Positions 45,293 through 59,024 of a DNA stretch of 64,000 nt are shown one piece after another (position 1 is the stretch's first letter; every line of letters begins with the position of its first letter). Made by a program: the position numbers and the translations under genes. The notes below the pieces were generated by a model. The model saw only the letters and a program-made list of their open reading frames with translations, had not been told where the DNA came from and made no database searches. Source of the DNA: Schmidtea polychroa (Eukaryota); assembly GCA_044892525.1 (NCBI GenBank), contig CM097885.1, forward strand, positions 37,758,001-37,822,000. The letters run 5' to 3'.

Positions 45293-45434
45293 CTATAAAC
45301 GCAATAATTTGTGAAATAACACAATATTTAAAGAATTAATAATAAATATTTATTTCTGTTTATAATTCATTATTAATCAAGTTATTTTCCTTTCTTTCAT
45401 TTGTATAGATTTTGGTTCAAAAGCGATAAATACA

Positions 45435-46165
45435 TGTGATAGTGAAGAAAGCAGATGGATCTATAAGGATGTGCATGGACTACAGAAGATTAAATCCCAT
45501 TACGGAAAAAGAATCAGTTCCAACGCCAGATAGATGAACATTATTAGATTGTATTGCTAATTCAAAATATTTTTCGTCCATAAACTTAAGAAAAGTACAT
45601 TATCAGATTTGCTTTAATAGACTTCCGTTCGGATTAGCTACAGTACTGACTTCTTTTTAAAGATTGACTAATATTATGCTGGAAGGTTTAATATTCAAAG
45701 GAGTGGTTATCTACCCCAATGATATTTTGGTTTATGAAAAAACCCAGTAGGAGCATGATAACATTTTAGAGGAAGCTTTTAAATGAATTCAACAGACAGG
45801 ACTGAAAATAAATCTAGGAAAATGCCATACCTATAAAATCGAATTAGTATTTTTATTACACCTAACTAATGAAATTATATAAGAACGAATTCAGAAAAGA
45901 TTGAAGAAATCGAATTTGTGCCAGTCCTGAAATTCGCAAAGCAAGTAAGATCATTTTTATGATTGACCAATTACTACAGAAGATTTATTAAAGATTGCGC
46001 AACAATTGCGGCGCCTTTGTATGCAATAACAAGTTGGAAGAAAAAGGTTATAGGAACAAAAGAATGCAAAGAAAGATTTGAAATATTAAAAAAAAATAAT
46101 GTGAAGCACCAATATTAGATTTCCCTCAAGGAAACAGATGTTCATTTTGGATAAGAAAGCTAGTT
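45435..46165 (+). pseudogene. Degenerate Gypsy RT/RNase H fragment of the same family as the 15.6-20.3 kb element
   Basis: IVKKADGSIRMCMDYR, LPFGLAT, GLIFKGVVIYPND, LTNYYRRFIKD, CEAPILDFP with many stops. Confidence 0.85.
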
Positions 46166-47087
46166 TCGTAAAGTCCCATTGGGAAAGGGAATTTGAAAAC
46201 GGGCAATTTTTTAAATTTAAATAAGTATTCTTGTTTTATGTTGTCTTTTTCAGATTTAACTAACAATTTTAAAATTTTGAATCAAAGTTTACGATGTCCG
46301 TACTATAACTTTGGTAAGAGGCAACTGTGCTTCACAAGGTTAAGTCAAGCAGGTTGTCAATATTCTGTAGATTCTTTATTTGATTCAAATCTTCAACTCT
46401 TTTTTCAAAATTTAAATAAAATTAAAATCTTGTGTTGGCCCGGTAATTTGTAAAAATATTCGGTGTGAAGTTTGACACTGTTGACAGAAGAATTTTAATC
46501 TGTCAATCATCAGTAACGTACTCCACTAAGTGAGTTACAGAGCGTAAACAGTTGCGTCAATCATTGAAGATAATTATTTACTAAGTCACGTTACCATTTT
46601 AAATGCAAATACTTTGATTGTAGAATGCGATTGAACCTACAATTAAATTTTAGATTCCGTAAGTAGTGTCATGTCACTAAATATTATTTTGTTTATTATT
46701 GGTTTTAAATAAAATGAATTTTTCGAAAGTAAGTTACGAAGATTCCTAGAATTCAATGGTATTGAGGTAAAGGTTACTTGTACAGATTCAAAAACACTTA
46801 TTTATGTCAAGTGCAGAAATCAATCAGATGGAATCAATTCATTGAGCATGAAACAGTTTAGTAGTGATTATGTAATCATTTCAATATTCGATTAAATAAT
46901 ATTTTAACTTGAAATTTAATTTTATTAACTATTTTACCTTATAAACCAATGATTCCAAAACTATGCGCCTTGGCACCACCCTGAGAATATTTCAATTATT
47001 ATAAATTTTTAGTCTCTTATATAAATATATGTATATATATTATAAGAACTTTTATTTCTTCCAATTTCACCACTGATTATTTTATCC

Positions 47088-47590
47088 ATTGAATTAAAAA
47101 GAGAGTTTTAAGACTATAAATCAGTAATATATCGATGTTTCAAAAACTCATTGCAAAGATTTGCCGCTGAGACTCTTTACATCAAAAAACTTAAACCGTC
47201 CATCAACATTCAACTAAATTAATATTTAAATTAATATTTAATTAGATTTAAAATTTAAAATTAAAAAAAAATATTTAAAATTTAAAATATAAATAACGTT
47301 TTTTTTATTAAAGAATTAAAAATTTAATTAAATTATAGAATTTAAAAATTTTAGATTTAAAAAAAAATAGGGAATATATATTTTTTGGGTACTTAAAATA
47401 AAATATAAATAGAATATAATTTAACCAATAAATTTATTATAAAATACGAAATAAAGTTTTATCCCCCAACAATAATTATTTAATGTAATAATGATCAAAT
47501 TCACTTGAAAAAGGCAGTGCCGAAAATTCGTGAGTATCAACAAACATCGATATATTACTGATTTATAGTCTTAAAACTCTCTTTTTAATT

Positions 47591-47594
<4 letters not shown>
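47088..47594. mobile_element. Penelope-like element end with 53-bp perfect inverted repeat
   Basis: 47088-47140 is the exact reverse complement of 47542-47594; AETLYIKKLKPSINIQL (GIY-YIG C-terminus) at ~47163-47215. Confidence 0.6.

Positions 47595-47674
<80 letters not shown>
47593..47674. repeat. (TA)n microsatellite, ~40 units
   Basis: Direct reading. Confidence 0.97.
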
Positions 47675-47679
<5 letters not shown>

Positions 47680-47699
47680 AACCATTTTAAATGACGTTG

Positions 47700-48296
47700 A
47701 TTTGTTTTGCAATTTAAAACCTGTTTTTGAAGATCACCTATCACAGCTTATAAAATAGTTCAAAAAATACTTTCAACCAAACAATATCAGCAAGATCGAT
47801 CCGAACTTCTTTGGAAGAAGAAGAAAATCTTATAAGTTGCCTTGCGACATTTCACCGAGGACAAAATTTGGAGGTATGGAACTTACTAATTTTTGGATAT
47901 TAGTAAAAGATGAATATCCGCTGCTAAGTAATAAAGCTCAACAAACCTTAATTCTGGGTTTTCACGGTCACTGTAATAATGAATATATGTTGTAAAGAAA
48001 ATTAAGATGGAACATGAAATTAGGGTACCTGCATTCGGTTTGATTTCGAGATTTGAGAAGTTGCGTAACATAACAAACTTATCCATCCCACTAATTATTT
48101 TAATTATAAGTCTGTTTAACAGACTTTGTTCAATAAATTGTTTGTGAATTATAAATGCGTGTTTCATTTATTATTATATATTTAAACTAACCTAATCACA
48201 TCATCTGCGTACTTCAATTGCGTTAGATAGACCAATGTTTCGACTTAGGGTACTGCGAAAAAATTCTGATATATTAAAGTGGTTTAGAAACCACTG
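47700..48296 (+). mobile_element. 3' part of Buster-type hAT
   Basis: FWILVKDEYPLLSNKAQQTL; end ggtttagaaaccactg. Confidence 0.7.
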
Positions 48297-49314
48297 TTAT
48301 ACACCATTACCTCACTTGCGTTGATTCGGTTTGCATAGTATATTTTTGACACTCAATTTTTAGTTTGTGTTTAAATTTTTTCACATTACGTTGCGTCTTT
48401 GTAATTTAGCAGTATTTTATAATTCTCAGCGATTTCAATGAAATATCGAACAAATAATATTGTGAAACAATTACAATATATATGTGAGAGTGAAATCCAA
48501 ATATCATTTCACAAGAAAAATTCATGAAAAATACAGCTTCACTTTGCCTAGATTTTTGAAATCAGTTATGGACACAATGTGATGTGTTGGTGTACTTTTT
48601 TATTTATATATTTCCATTTTACATGATCGAATAAAATTTGTTAATGATTTTTATAGTAACTATCATTTTTCACTGGTTTCACCAAAACATTTTGTGACTA
48701 AAATTGAAATTGGTTAGATCATCTAAATAATCGTTAAAATTACATACAAAATGATGTACAAATAACAATAATTCCATTCAATCAAATTTTATATTCTAAT
48801 ATAATAAATTGGTACTTTATTTTCTATCAGTAAAATCTTTAATTTGTCAATTTTCATTATTTTCATTTCTTATTTTAGACTATTAATTAGTGTTGGTGTG
48901 AATAGCAAAGTTGTGAAAGCAAAATATTGATCTATAATTACGCTGAAGAGACCGTTATTTATTTCACTGCTATTTTCGTAATAAATGTTATAAACTTATG
49001 AATTTTATAAGGTGTTTTTTTATTTTCTTCGATGTCCTTTATTTTCCCAGAAAAAATATGGTCACCATATATGTATAAATCTATAAATGAAATGAAAATA
49101 AAGAAAATTGAAAAACGATAAATTATGAAGTATGATAAAAGTATATGATTTTAAATCTTGTGCATATGATATTTTGTTTTAAATGATAGTGATTAAATTG
49201 TAATATTAAAATATAAAAATTGTTTAATTTAATAAAAAATATTTATTTAAATTAAAATTTTTAATTGCTTAATTTTGAATGTGATTAATTAAAAATGAAA
49301 TTTTAATATAATAG

Positions 49315-49865
49315 TAGGAACTGCTCAATACAAAATTGCAAAGTTTTTGGATGGGTTATTAAAACCTTTAATGATTACTGATTTTGAATGTAAGGATACC
49401 TTTGAATTTTCAACGTTTATTGTAGAGCTAAATATAAAAAGTACAGATGAATTTATGGTATCATTCGATGGTTTAATCTATTTACGAATGTCTCCTACTA
49501 GAAACGATTGATGTATATTGAAAGATGTGGAAAGAAAATGTAATCGAACATACGAAAGTTGATGAAATTGCATTTCGTAGATTACTCGAATTTGCAACGT
49601 CTAATGTGAATTTTCTTTTTAACAATGGGTAGTATAAACAGATTGATGGTGTTGCTATGGGTTCTCCATTGACTGTAACAATGGCCTCTATTTTCATATC
49701 AAGTTTAGAAAAGAAAATTTAATTATACAATTTAACTAAACCAACTGTGTATAAACGATATGTTGATGGTATTTTTTTAGTGTTTGAGAATCGTGAAAAT
49801 GTAAAGCCTTTCTTAGATTATATGAATGATTTGCATATGAATATTAAATTTACGTGTGAAGAATT
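49315..49865 (+). pseudogene. Penelope-like reverse transcriptase fragment
   Basis: YKIAKFLDGLLKP, FMVSFD, YKQIDGVAMGSPL, YKRYVDGIF, NIKFTCEE in shifting frames. Confidence 0.85.
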
Positions 49866-50977
49866 AAATATTCTGAGAAAAGAATTTCCCGTAAATTCTA
49901 ACAGTTTAAAACAACTCCGAATCCAAGTTGATTTTTTTCAAGTGCTCAATTTAACTGGCTTTTAATGTTCTTTTTAAGATATTGATTAATTGTCATCAAT
50001 AATAATTTAATAAAATTTATTTTAATTTAAATATTTATTAAATAATTATATAATATTAAATATTAACATAATGGCAATTCTGAATTTCATAATTTAATTA
50101 AAGTTAAAATAATAATTTAATTAAAAAATTTCACATTGAAAAACTAACCTGTTATATTCTGTATTCATTAAAAATAAAATGAAAACATTAAAATTCAAAT
50201 GGAAAACTCATAAACTGAAAAAACCTTTTGCAATAACTAACCATATAAGCTGGAACATCTCCAAATCTACTACTCAAATTTGCATCATATTTCGGTAATT
50301 GAAAAAACCGATTTCTCGAATATGTTCCCGCCATGAAAATGTCTGTCGATTGTGAATCAATAATCTATTTGATCGCAAACTAGTCCAAATGGTAACTATG
50401 ACAATTCACTTGGAAATGAAACTGAGAGGTGAAATCAAGTTCAAATAACGTTTGAAATGCTGTTCAAATATCAGCTAAATTTATTTACTGAAATTAATAA
50501 AAGCAATTAAAGTTTGGATCAAATAAAAAGCAAACAGCTACTTAAACTTGTGAAATGTGTTATTGGTTGATATTATACGGACAGCAGTTTACCGCTTTAT
50601 TGAGCACAATTTAACATTTGAAATTGTGATCTATATAGAAATATATATATATATATATATCCAGTAAATAAAAGGTAATTGAAGGACGATTTCTGAGGAG
50701 GGAAATCTTTCAACTTTCCTTATTCAGCGATTCGTATTTGATGATCCGACATAAAAATGTATACATTGTAAAGATTCCAAACATTTTTTGACTAATGATG
50801 AAAATAAAGAACTTAAAAATCCACGAAAATAAAGTTAAACATGTCTAACTTAAATGTTTTGAACCTAAATTAATTTTTCTTCTTTAGATCCGCCTTTTTT
50901 GTTTTAAGAAAATTTATTTTTATTGGAATTCTTTTATTTGGAATAACAAGGAGGTATGGAATGTATAATGTCTTAAA

Positions 50978-51590
50978 TTACAATACTGGCAGCAGCCTCA
51001 GATTAATGAATGAAGTGTACACTTTTTCATAGTGATTATGAAGTACAAATGGCCCTGGGGTAAATTGTGTATAAAATAGCTGTTTGCAGAAAACATTAAT
51101 ACCCAGAAGAATTTCTTTATTTATCAATGACATATGATTATAGCAAACGGTTGACATGGCTCTAACAGACACTCGAAATTTGTTAGAAAGTCCTTGAGCT
51201 AGTTGCATTACTGTTAATTCAGTTTTTGTTTCATCATTTGAATTCTTTTTCATTTCATTTTGATCTTTACTTTGTAAATTTGTAGACTTATCTTTCGTTG
51301 TGGGATGTTCATTGAATACTTGCATAATGGCTCTGATTTTCGAAATCTTGGATAATACTAGAAAATGTACAAGAGTTTTTCATTTTGACATTGTCAGATT
51401 TGGGGAGATCAAATGAACAAAACTTGTTATTGAGCATATTTTGAATTTCTACTTTATATTTGTAAGAATGTACATCATGATCATGTGTCAATTCATTTCC
51501 TTCAATGGAATTAATAAGTAAAGATTTTGTCAGATCATCTCTAATTCTTTCCAAAGACTTAATTGAACTATCGGAAGTTTGATTTTCCAT
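50978..51590 (-). pseudogene. Two overlapping unknown ORFs, probably one frameshifted coding region
   Basis: ORFs 51309..51605 and 50978..51325 overlap; AAAATG start at 51590; no recognisable motif. Confidence 0.3.
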
Positions 51591-53387
51591 TTTAAACCAC
51601 ATCAAAAAATCCTTTTAAAAAAACCCCCAAAATTTGGTTGTTAAAACAAACTCTAAAAAACTCTTTAAAATATCAATTTACAAAAAATTCCAAAAAATAA
51701 CCTTCGAACAAAACCCGAATAGACTAATTCTTCGCGTCTGTGTGCGCACACCAACATCACAATAACTCCGCACACAGACTCGACAAAGCTCAACAAACAA
51801 AAACTGCCAGTCAGAGGTAGACATCATTCCCTCCTCTGACTGGTCGAAACAATAGCTTCAAAACCAACTTTAAATTATTGAAAATTATTAATAGGTCCAA
51901 GAAGGTCTGAGAAGGAACTACTATTATAAGCCTACGTAAAGTTGTATAAAAATGAAATATTATCAGAATTTTTAAAAGGATTTCGCAGTGCAGTTATACC
52001 TTGTTTAATATTATTGCACTAATGTTATTCAAATTTTAAATATTTTATCTGTAAAAGATTGAGGAAAAAAAATTAATTTTTCAACTTAAATTTTTTATTG
52101 AAATTAATTTTTGATGCCCAAATTTTGCGCATATTTTTATGAGATGTAGATTGTTTATCTATACTGAAAAACTATAAATTCTAACCCTTATTAACGTTAT
52201 TTTGCTTAACACTATGAAAACCTGGAGCGCATTCTTTACTGTAAGCGGAATATTAGTATATTAATAATGATATTAACATCATTCGAATAAAAAGGTAAAC
52301 AATCTCCACAGTTTTAATTAATTGAAAATATTTCAGCCTAAAATAAATCATGTTCACTCTAATACGAAATTAAACTGATCTTTTACTCTCTCACTCTCTC
52401 TTTTTTTCTCGAATTTAATCTTTCTTTTCTTATTTCCATGATACTGAATTTACTGATTTTTTTAAAAATTAATTTATTAAAAATATTTTAATTTGCTTGA
52501 ATTGTTATATATTTTTTTAAATATATCAAATGAAGAACGAAAAAGAAAGATTCAACTAGAAAGGAAAAGAGATAAGCTAAATTTCGTATTGGAGTGAACA
52601 GAACCTATTTTATGTCGAAAATTTTCAATTAATAAACACTGTGAAAATGGCTTACTTATTTATGTTAATTATGTTTCTATAAATAATTCGTGACCGTGCA
52701 GTTATTATAAAGTTTTAATGATGATATTAATTACCATAATTATTATGTGTTGGTAAATACTAAAAGCTTTGTTTTAATGGTTTAGACTTGTGAATTGTAA
52801 TTGAGAAAAAAATTATGCATAAAGATGTTAAATAGTACTTCGGGCTAATAATCATAAATATTTGATTAAAAAATAACTATTTTATATATCATTGTTATAG
52901 CATAATTACAAATACCTGAACAATTGTTAATAAAATTTAAATAAATGTAGTAATATTTATTGTTATTAGAATGTACATTAAAAAATATACAATGTGATCA
53001 TAGATCGGGTGGACCATGTGCTGAATGTTTTTGAATTTCAAACAGAAAATTTAACACAAACATACAAATTTCGACAAGGTTCAGATTTATCTCCCGAATG
53101 TTCTGTGTGACTTCATTGTTACAGTTATAAAAAAGTGCAACTAAAAATTAAATTTAAAAAAATTGTGTACAAAACATAAAAATTTACATGTAACAAAATT
53201 CAAAAATATACTGAGCATTGTCATAAGTAAATAGACACCCCTTAAAATAGAAAAAATGCTTAAAATCATTAATAACATCCCATTACAAGAACTACAATAA
53301 AGTTAAAATACAAAATTTACATTGCCCTATTGTGAGTCACTATGCGAAGCTAACTATGATTGATTAGTATATTCCCATTGTCTATAA

Positions 53388-53807
53388 CAGTGGTTCCTAA
53401 CCTTTATAAAACCGCTACCCCTGTAACCTGTTAGGAAATCAAATTTTACCCCAATTTTAAAATGTTATAAAAACACTCAATGCAAGCGAATTCTAATGTT
53501 TATTAATTACAAAGTTGTCATTGCCCAGCAGTTAGTCAGAACGTATACAATTTATTTGAATCTCAAACTGCCATACGGCGCGGTAGGCTGAGGCAAATGC
53601 GATAATGCGCCGTATCGCATGCGCGCCCACTCTCAAATCGGATATGTTTATACATGTCGAGTATTTGTTTCGAGCGCGGCGGATTCCGCATGCGTGATGC
53701 ACCGTAACTCAGGATTCAGCCTTCGGTTAACAAATTGTTTTCTGTTACCCCTGAAGAATAGCGTGTTTACCACCGAGGGGTAATTCCCCCCAGGTTCGGA
53801 ACCCCTG
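53388..53807. mobile_element. hAT (Charlie/Buster-type) MITE, 420 bp, TSD GTCTATAA
   Basis: TIRs cagtggttcctaacct / aggttcggaacccctg; identical 8-bp flanks. Confidence 0.9.
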
Positions 53808-53934
53808 GTCTATAAGATAGCTAATTTTCAAGTGTTTTCACACTTGTGTTAATCATGCCAAGCACTCCAGGTACCAGTGAACTGTTAGATTTTTAAGAGG
53901 TCAAACTAGTCCACAATACGAGTCTAGAAGATCA

Positions 53935-54600
53935 TAAAGAAACGTTGCCGGTGCTTTGCATGTGCCTCTGTCGATAGTGAAAAACATTATGTGCCAATTT
54001 TGAAATTCAGGAAAATTCAGTGTCAAACCTCGTACTTGACGATCAAAACCATATGAGGATATTCTTCGGTCTATCAGATGAAGTGTTGAGACTGGTAATC
54101 ATACACCAGCTGCCAAAATAGCAAAAAAGCCGCTATATCTATGTATGCAGTACGGCGCCTTTTGAAGAGGTTGGAATACAAAAGACGAAAGCCACTTCTG
54201 ACACCTAAGAATATTGTCAATCGATTTTTCTGGACAAAAGATATGAGAAAACCCTCATTACTGCCGGGAACATGTTATCTTTAGTGATGAGAGTTCCTTT
54301 CAACAGTTCTTCGCCAGTGATCATGTGGACTGGATCAATAATACGATAATACTTGACTTCAATCCACTGTGAAACGTAGGATCCCTGTCATAGTGTTAGG
54401 AGCTATTTGGTTCAATGGAAAATCAAAGCTACATCATTCCCAAGGGACTGTCACCTCCACATTTTACCGTCAAATACTTCATGAGATCCTCCTTCCCTTC
54501 TACTAAAACGAAATATATGAAAAGAAAATTCCCATTTTATGGAAGATAGTGCACCTTGTCACACTGTGAGAGCAACAAAGACCTTGTTAGAGGAACATAG
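53935..54600 (+). pseudogene. Tc1 transposase remnant
   Basis: KPLLT, VIFSDESSF, MEDSAPCHTVRATK; many stops. Confidence 0.75.
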
Positions 54601-55270
54601 AATTTCTTGCCAATTTCCAGGCCTATTCTGACTATTCAATAAGTCTCGCTGCAACCATTCTAGTTCTGCACGTTCTGCAACAATAATCATCTGTTTTATT
54701 TACTCCTTTGACTTAACTTGATTCCTTTAATTCCATTTCATCTAGTTCTTTCTTCTATCTTTAATTTTTCTTTTTAGCCCAAATACCGATTTCTTTTTCC
54801 CTACCTGAGGCAAAATGCCGATTGTTTCGGAATTTGAGCTTCATTATACGATTGAAATGATCGCCTTAATTAATGATATTTCAACTATACCATCTCCTTT
54901 TGACAAGTTTTGCCTCATGTTCTTTTTTATCTTTTCTCCTACGAAAGAAATAATTAATTGTCCCACCATGCGTTTAATTTGCCATAATCTCTTTCTCGTT
55001 TTCCATTACTCATGTTGTCATGATTATGGTTTTCCAGAATCCACTTTGTTTATTCTTCCTTTTGTTTACTTAACTCTGGTTTTCCTCAATTAATTAATTA
55101 ATTAACGATTTTTTGTTTTTGTATGTTTTCTTGCGTTTCGACCCTTTCTGAACATATTCTGGTGAATACGTTCTCGCCATGATGTTTCTGATCTCCTTTA
55201 CACCTGACCCGTTTTCCAAATTTTAATTCGGTGATTTCTTCTTTTTGGATTTTCGATATTCCTTTTTTTT
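54600..55270 (-). repeat. LTR-like repeat (copy 2), diverged homolog of 36620-37580
   Basis: ccctacctgaggcaaaatgccgat and the other shared blocks, in reverse order. Confidence 0.55.
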
Positions 55271-56231
55271 AATTATTTGTTAATTTTGAATTTAAGAACC
55301 CCAACATAATTCTATTGTTAGCAAGAACTGAAAATTGTTAATAGTCATTTTCTCGACATGAATACATATTAATATATTATAATTGAATCAAATTTATCAG
55401 TCAATGATTTATTATTAATTAACATTGTTAATATATTCGAACATTGTTTAACATTGTTTATCCATGTCAGCTTCGGTTATAATCCTCTAATAACGCCACT
55501 GACTGTCTGGTTTTCTGATAAATTGCCAGAAATAAGATAACATAACAATTTAGGAGATACTCCGAGAATTTATTAAACAATATTACATGTACAAGACTGG
55601 AAGAGTAAACATGAATACAAAAGCAACAATACAAGTGTTAATGCAAAAAACTAAATTTTAACAACCTAAATTTATGGTAGTCATTTTTTTGAAAATAACA
55701 TTCACTATGAAGGCAACTGGAGCTCATTGCGCTAGCCGTTGGTACTAAAGAATAACCCTGTTGGATCACTATTGGGCTGAAACCCGCAACATAGGACTAA
55801 CCTATACGGGATTGGATAGATATGAAAGTTACTATTAGCAAGCTACCACCCTTCACTTGGCACATTTTTCTATGAATTTAATCTCTAGGTTTGGTACTGT
55901 CGATCGAATGCCTAATAACCATACTCCTTCAACAATATTGTGGTAGATGCCATTAGTTGATATTTAATTTTTGCTACAACGAGTGAATTAACCTTTCGGC
56001 GGCTTTTTTTAATTTACAATAACTATTGTATATATAAAATATATCATTTTTAAAATTTATTCCATTTTTATTTAATTGATCAAAATTTAAATTTTTTAAT
56101 AAAAAATTTAATAATATTTTTATTGCTACTTTTAAGGAATATATTTTCGAAAACCATTAAAATCTTTTCCAATTTCAAAATAATTTGTTTGTTTAAGCTA
56201 ACATTCAATACAAATTGAAGACTTTTTAAAA

Positions 56232-56800
56232 ATGGCATTCGGATTTGTTGCCGCTTGTTATATTGCTGCTTTGTTGTTGTCAATAGTTTTAATATTTTTC
56301 ACAATTTACTTAGTCATTGCATTTGATGAATTAAAAACAGATTATAAGAATCCAATTGATGTTTGTCGAAATTTAAATCCGGTAACAAATATCTCACGAT
56401 TAAATAATTCATTATCAATTTTTAGCTTGTACTTCCTGAATACATAATCCATGGATCTTTGGCGGTTGCATTTTTATGTGCATTTCAATTTGGTACTGTT
56501 TTATTAAATTTACCACTTGTTGCATATCACATTCACAGGTAAAAGATATTTTGTATCAATAGTAAAATTATCATGAACTAGGTATATAAATCGGCCTTTG
56601 ATGAGAGGTCCAGGTCTTTATGATCCTACTACAGTACTTAATGCCGACCAGTTATCTAAAGCAGTAACAGAAAGTTGGGTTAAATTAATATTTTACATCA
56701 TTTCATTCTTTTATTACCTTTATAGGTGAGTTTTATTATTTTAATGATTTTATTTTATTTATTTTTTTTCAGCATGATTTATGTTTTAGTTACTGATTAG
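56232..56800 (+). CDS. cni: Protein cornichon homolog, 144 aa; exons 56232-56381, 56426-56538, 56582-56725, 56773-56800
   Basis: IAFDELKTDYKNPID, LVLPEY, GPGLYDPTT, FYYLYSMIYVLV; GT-AG introns of 44, 43 and 47 nt. Confidence 0.96.
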
Positions 56801-59024
56801 AATGAAATTTCTCTACATTACATGTTATTTCATTGATTGTCTCAATAAAGTTTTATTTAAGTTCTTTTTCAACATTAGTTTTTAATAATTTGTATCTTTG
56901 CATCTGTAATGATTCGATATTATATTCCTTGTAAATTCTCAACCAATCAACTACGAATGTTTGAGTGATGTAATGGGTTTGTAAACGTGTATGATTTTTT
57001 ATTCAAGTGTTGATTTACCCTTTGATCATGAATTGTTTTTGTAAAAATCGTAGTTTTCAGTCAATTGAAATTTTCACAAATTAATGCTGGAAATTTTGTT
57101 TTTGTATGCATAAATATTTCGCAAGTTATGATTGGTTGATGCAATAATTGATGGATTTATAGATTGTTCAATTGTTACGAAATCTTTTCTTCAAACAATT
57201 GATTTTAATATATTTATATTCATGAATTTTATAGATATTGCCGCACAACTAGTATTATGCTTTGTATTTTAGAAATTACTGTTTTATTATAAATAAATGG
57301 AAAATTCAGTAAACTTCGAATTAGCTTCATGGGAATTAAATTTTATATGGACATAATTTATTTCCGTGTCAATTTCTATTTATCAACATGATTTGAGTTT
57401 GATATTAGCAAGATTTATATTTTTACAAGAAAATCAATGACATATTCATATTGGCATGACTTCCGTATTTAAATGAAAGGGAACTATAAACAATAATGTT
57501 TAGAAAAACATAGCCTGATAAAGATAATATGCATCTGATTACTATTTTGGAAAAGTCGTGACGTATTAACTTAAAACTAACATTTTTTTTAGAATTTGTC
57601 TTATACTATAAATTTTTGCTCTATTAACTTCGCGTTTAATTGATTGTGCCGCGCAAATTTTGTGAGGTCAAATTAACCTACTTTCCGTGATCAGATTAAA
57701 CTGAAATTTGGCAAGTAGATTCGTTGTTCAGAACACTGCATGCTATCAAAATTTCAGATCGATTCGATCGCGGAAAGTGGGTGAATTTTAAAATATTGAT
57801 ATGTCAAATAGTGTTATTTCCTTATTTCAATATAGATTCTTATCTATTCATTAACTTCGGATAAAAGAGAACGTAATTATATCTAAAATATGTTGAAATT
57901 AAGAGAGTGAAATATAGAGTTTCGAAAACCATGTTTTTATGGTTGATATTTAATAACAGTTACAAACCTATTGAATTTTGATTAGAAATTGTAACTTATA
58001 AATTAAAAAATCTAATCAATTCATATTATTGAAGAAAACATTCGTAATTCAAAAACAAAAATAATATTGAATTTATTAAAAAGAGAGCTTGAAGACTGCA
58101 TGCATTTTATTTATTCGTAACAAAAAATATAGATCTATTACATGAATAATCCAAGGAACATTAAACATTTAATTAACTTAGTAAATTCGTCAACCGAATT
58201 TTTTTTTCGTTAACAAAGACTGAATTTTTTTCTAAATTACGTTACAGCGAAACTTCGTAAAAAGAGACTTTGTAAAGCAAGGGATTGGTGTACTTTTATT
58301 CAAACTTCAACATATGCTGTTTGACTGTCATCCAAGACTCCGCTCTATCATTGCCATCGTGGATTATCAATTTGATTCTGCTTTCAAGTAACACATCATA
58401 AAGTTCTGCATCATTAGATACATTCTTACAAGAAACATAAAGCATTTTGGAAGTATCATTAGTTTCGGCTGTCATTTAATTTTCTTAGGAGAACAACAAA
58501 GGTGAGCAAATAATGAAATCGTTATGTTAAATAATCTTTGATCTTTTCCAATCGTTAAAATCTTCATACTCCAAATTTCGTTTGGTCATTTCCTTTTCAA
58601 CAACTTCTAACAATTCAAAAAATCACAAATTGTCCGCGACTGTGTGCGCACACAAAAAATCCAATTTCGGAATACCAAACGCACACAGACGCGACAATTA
58701 AACTCATGATTCACCATAAACAGACAAGGCTTAAAATTTTTAGGTCGTCTAATGAAATTTGTTGATAATTTTAGTGTTGATGCTATCCGGTTATATGAAA
58801 TATTTATTATATTTCTATCATTTTTGTGAATTTTATGTTGATTGAAGGAATATATAAAATTCTAGGGGTTTCATGGTAATTTATTGATAAGATAAATTTT
58901 AACAAATTTAAATCTAACCAATTGATTTTCTCCAATAACTTTACTCACTTTATATTTTCTTCTAAGAATATTTCCATGAACCTTTCAATTCCTACGTACT
59001 TCAATTTACACGTTGATGAATTTT

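Noticed and set aside
55450-55960. Possible small spliced host gene divergent from cornichon
   Set aside because: Exon-like patches are present, but I could not build a stop-free spliced frame.
57640-57800. Imperfect inverted repeat resembling a DNA-transposon subterminal region
   Set aside because: No defined ends or TSD; a common TE relic.
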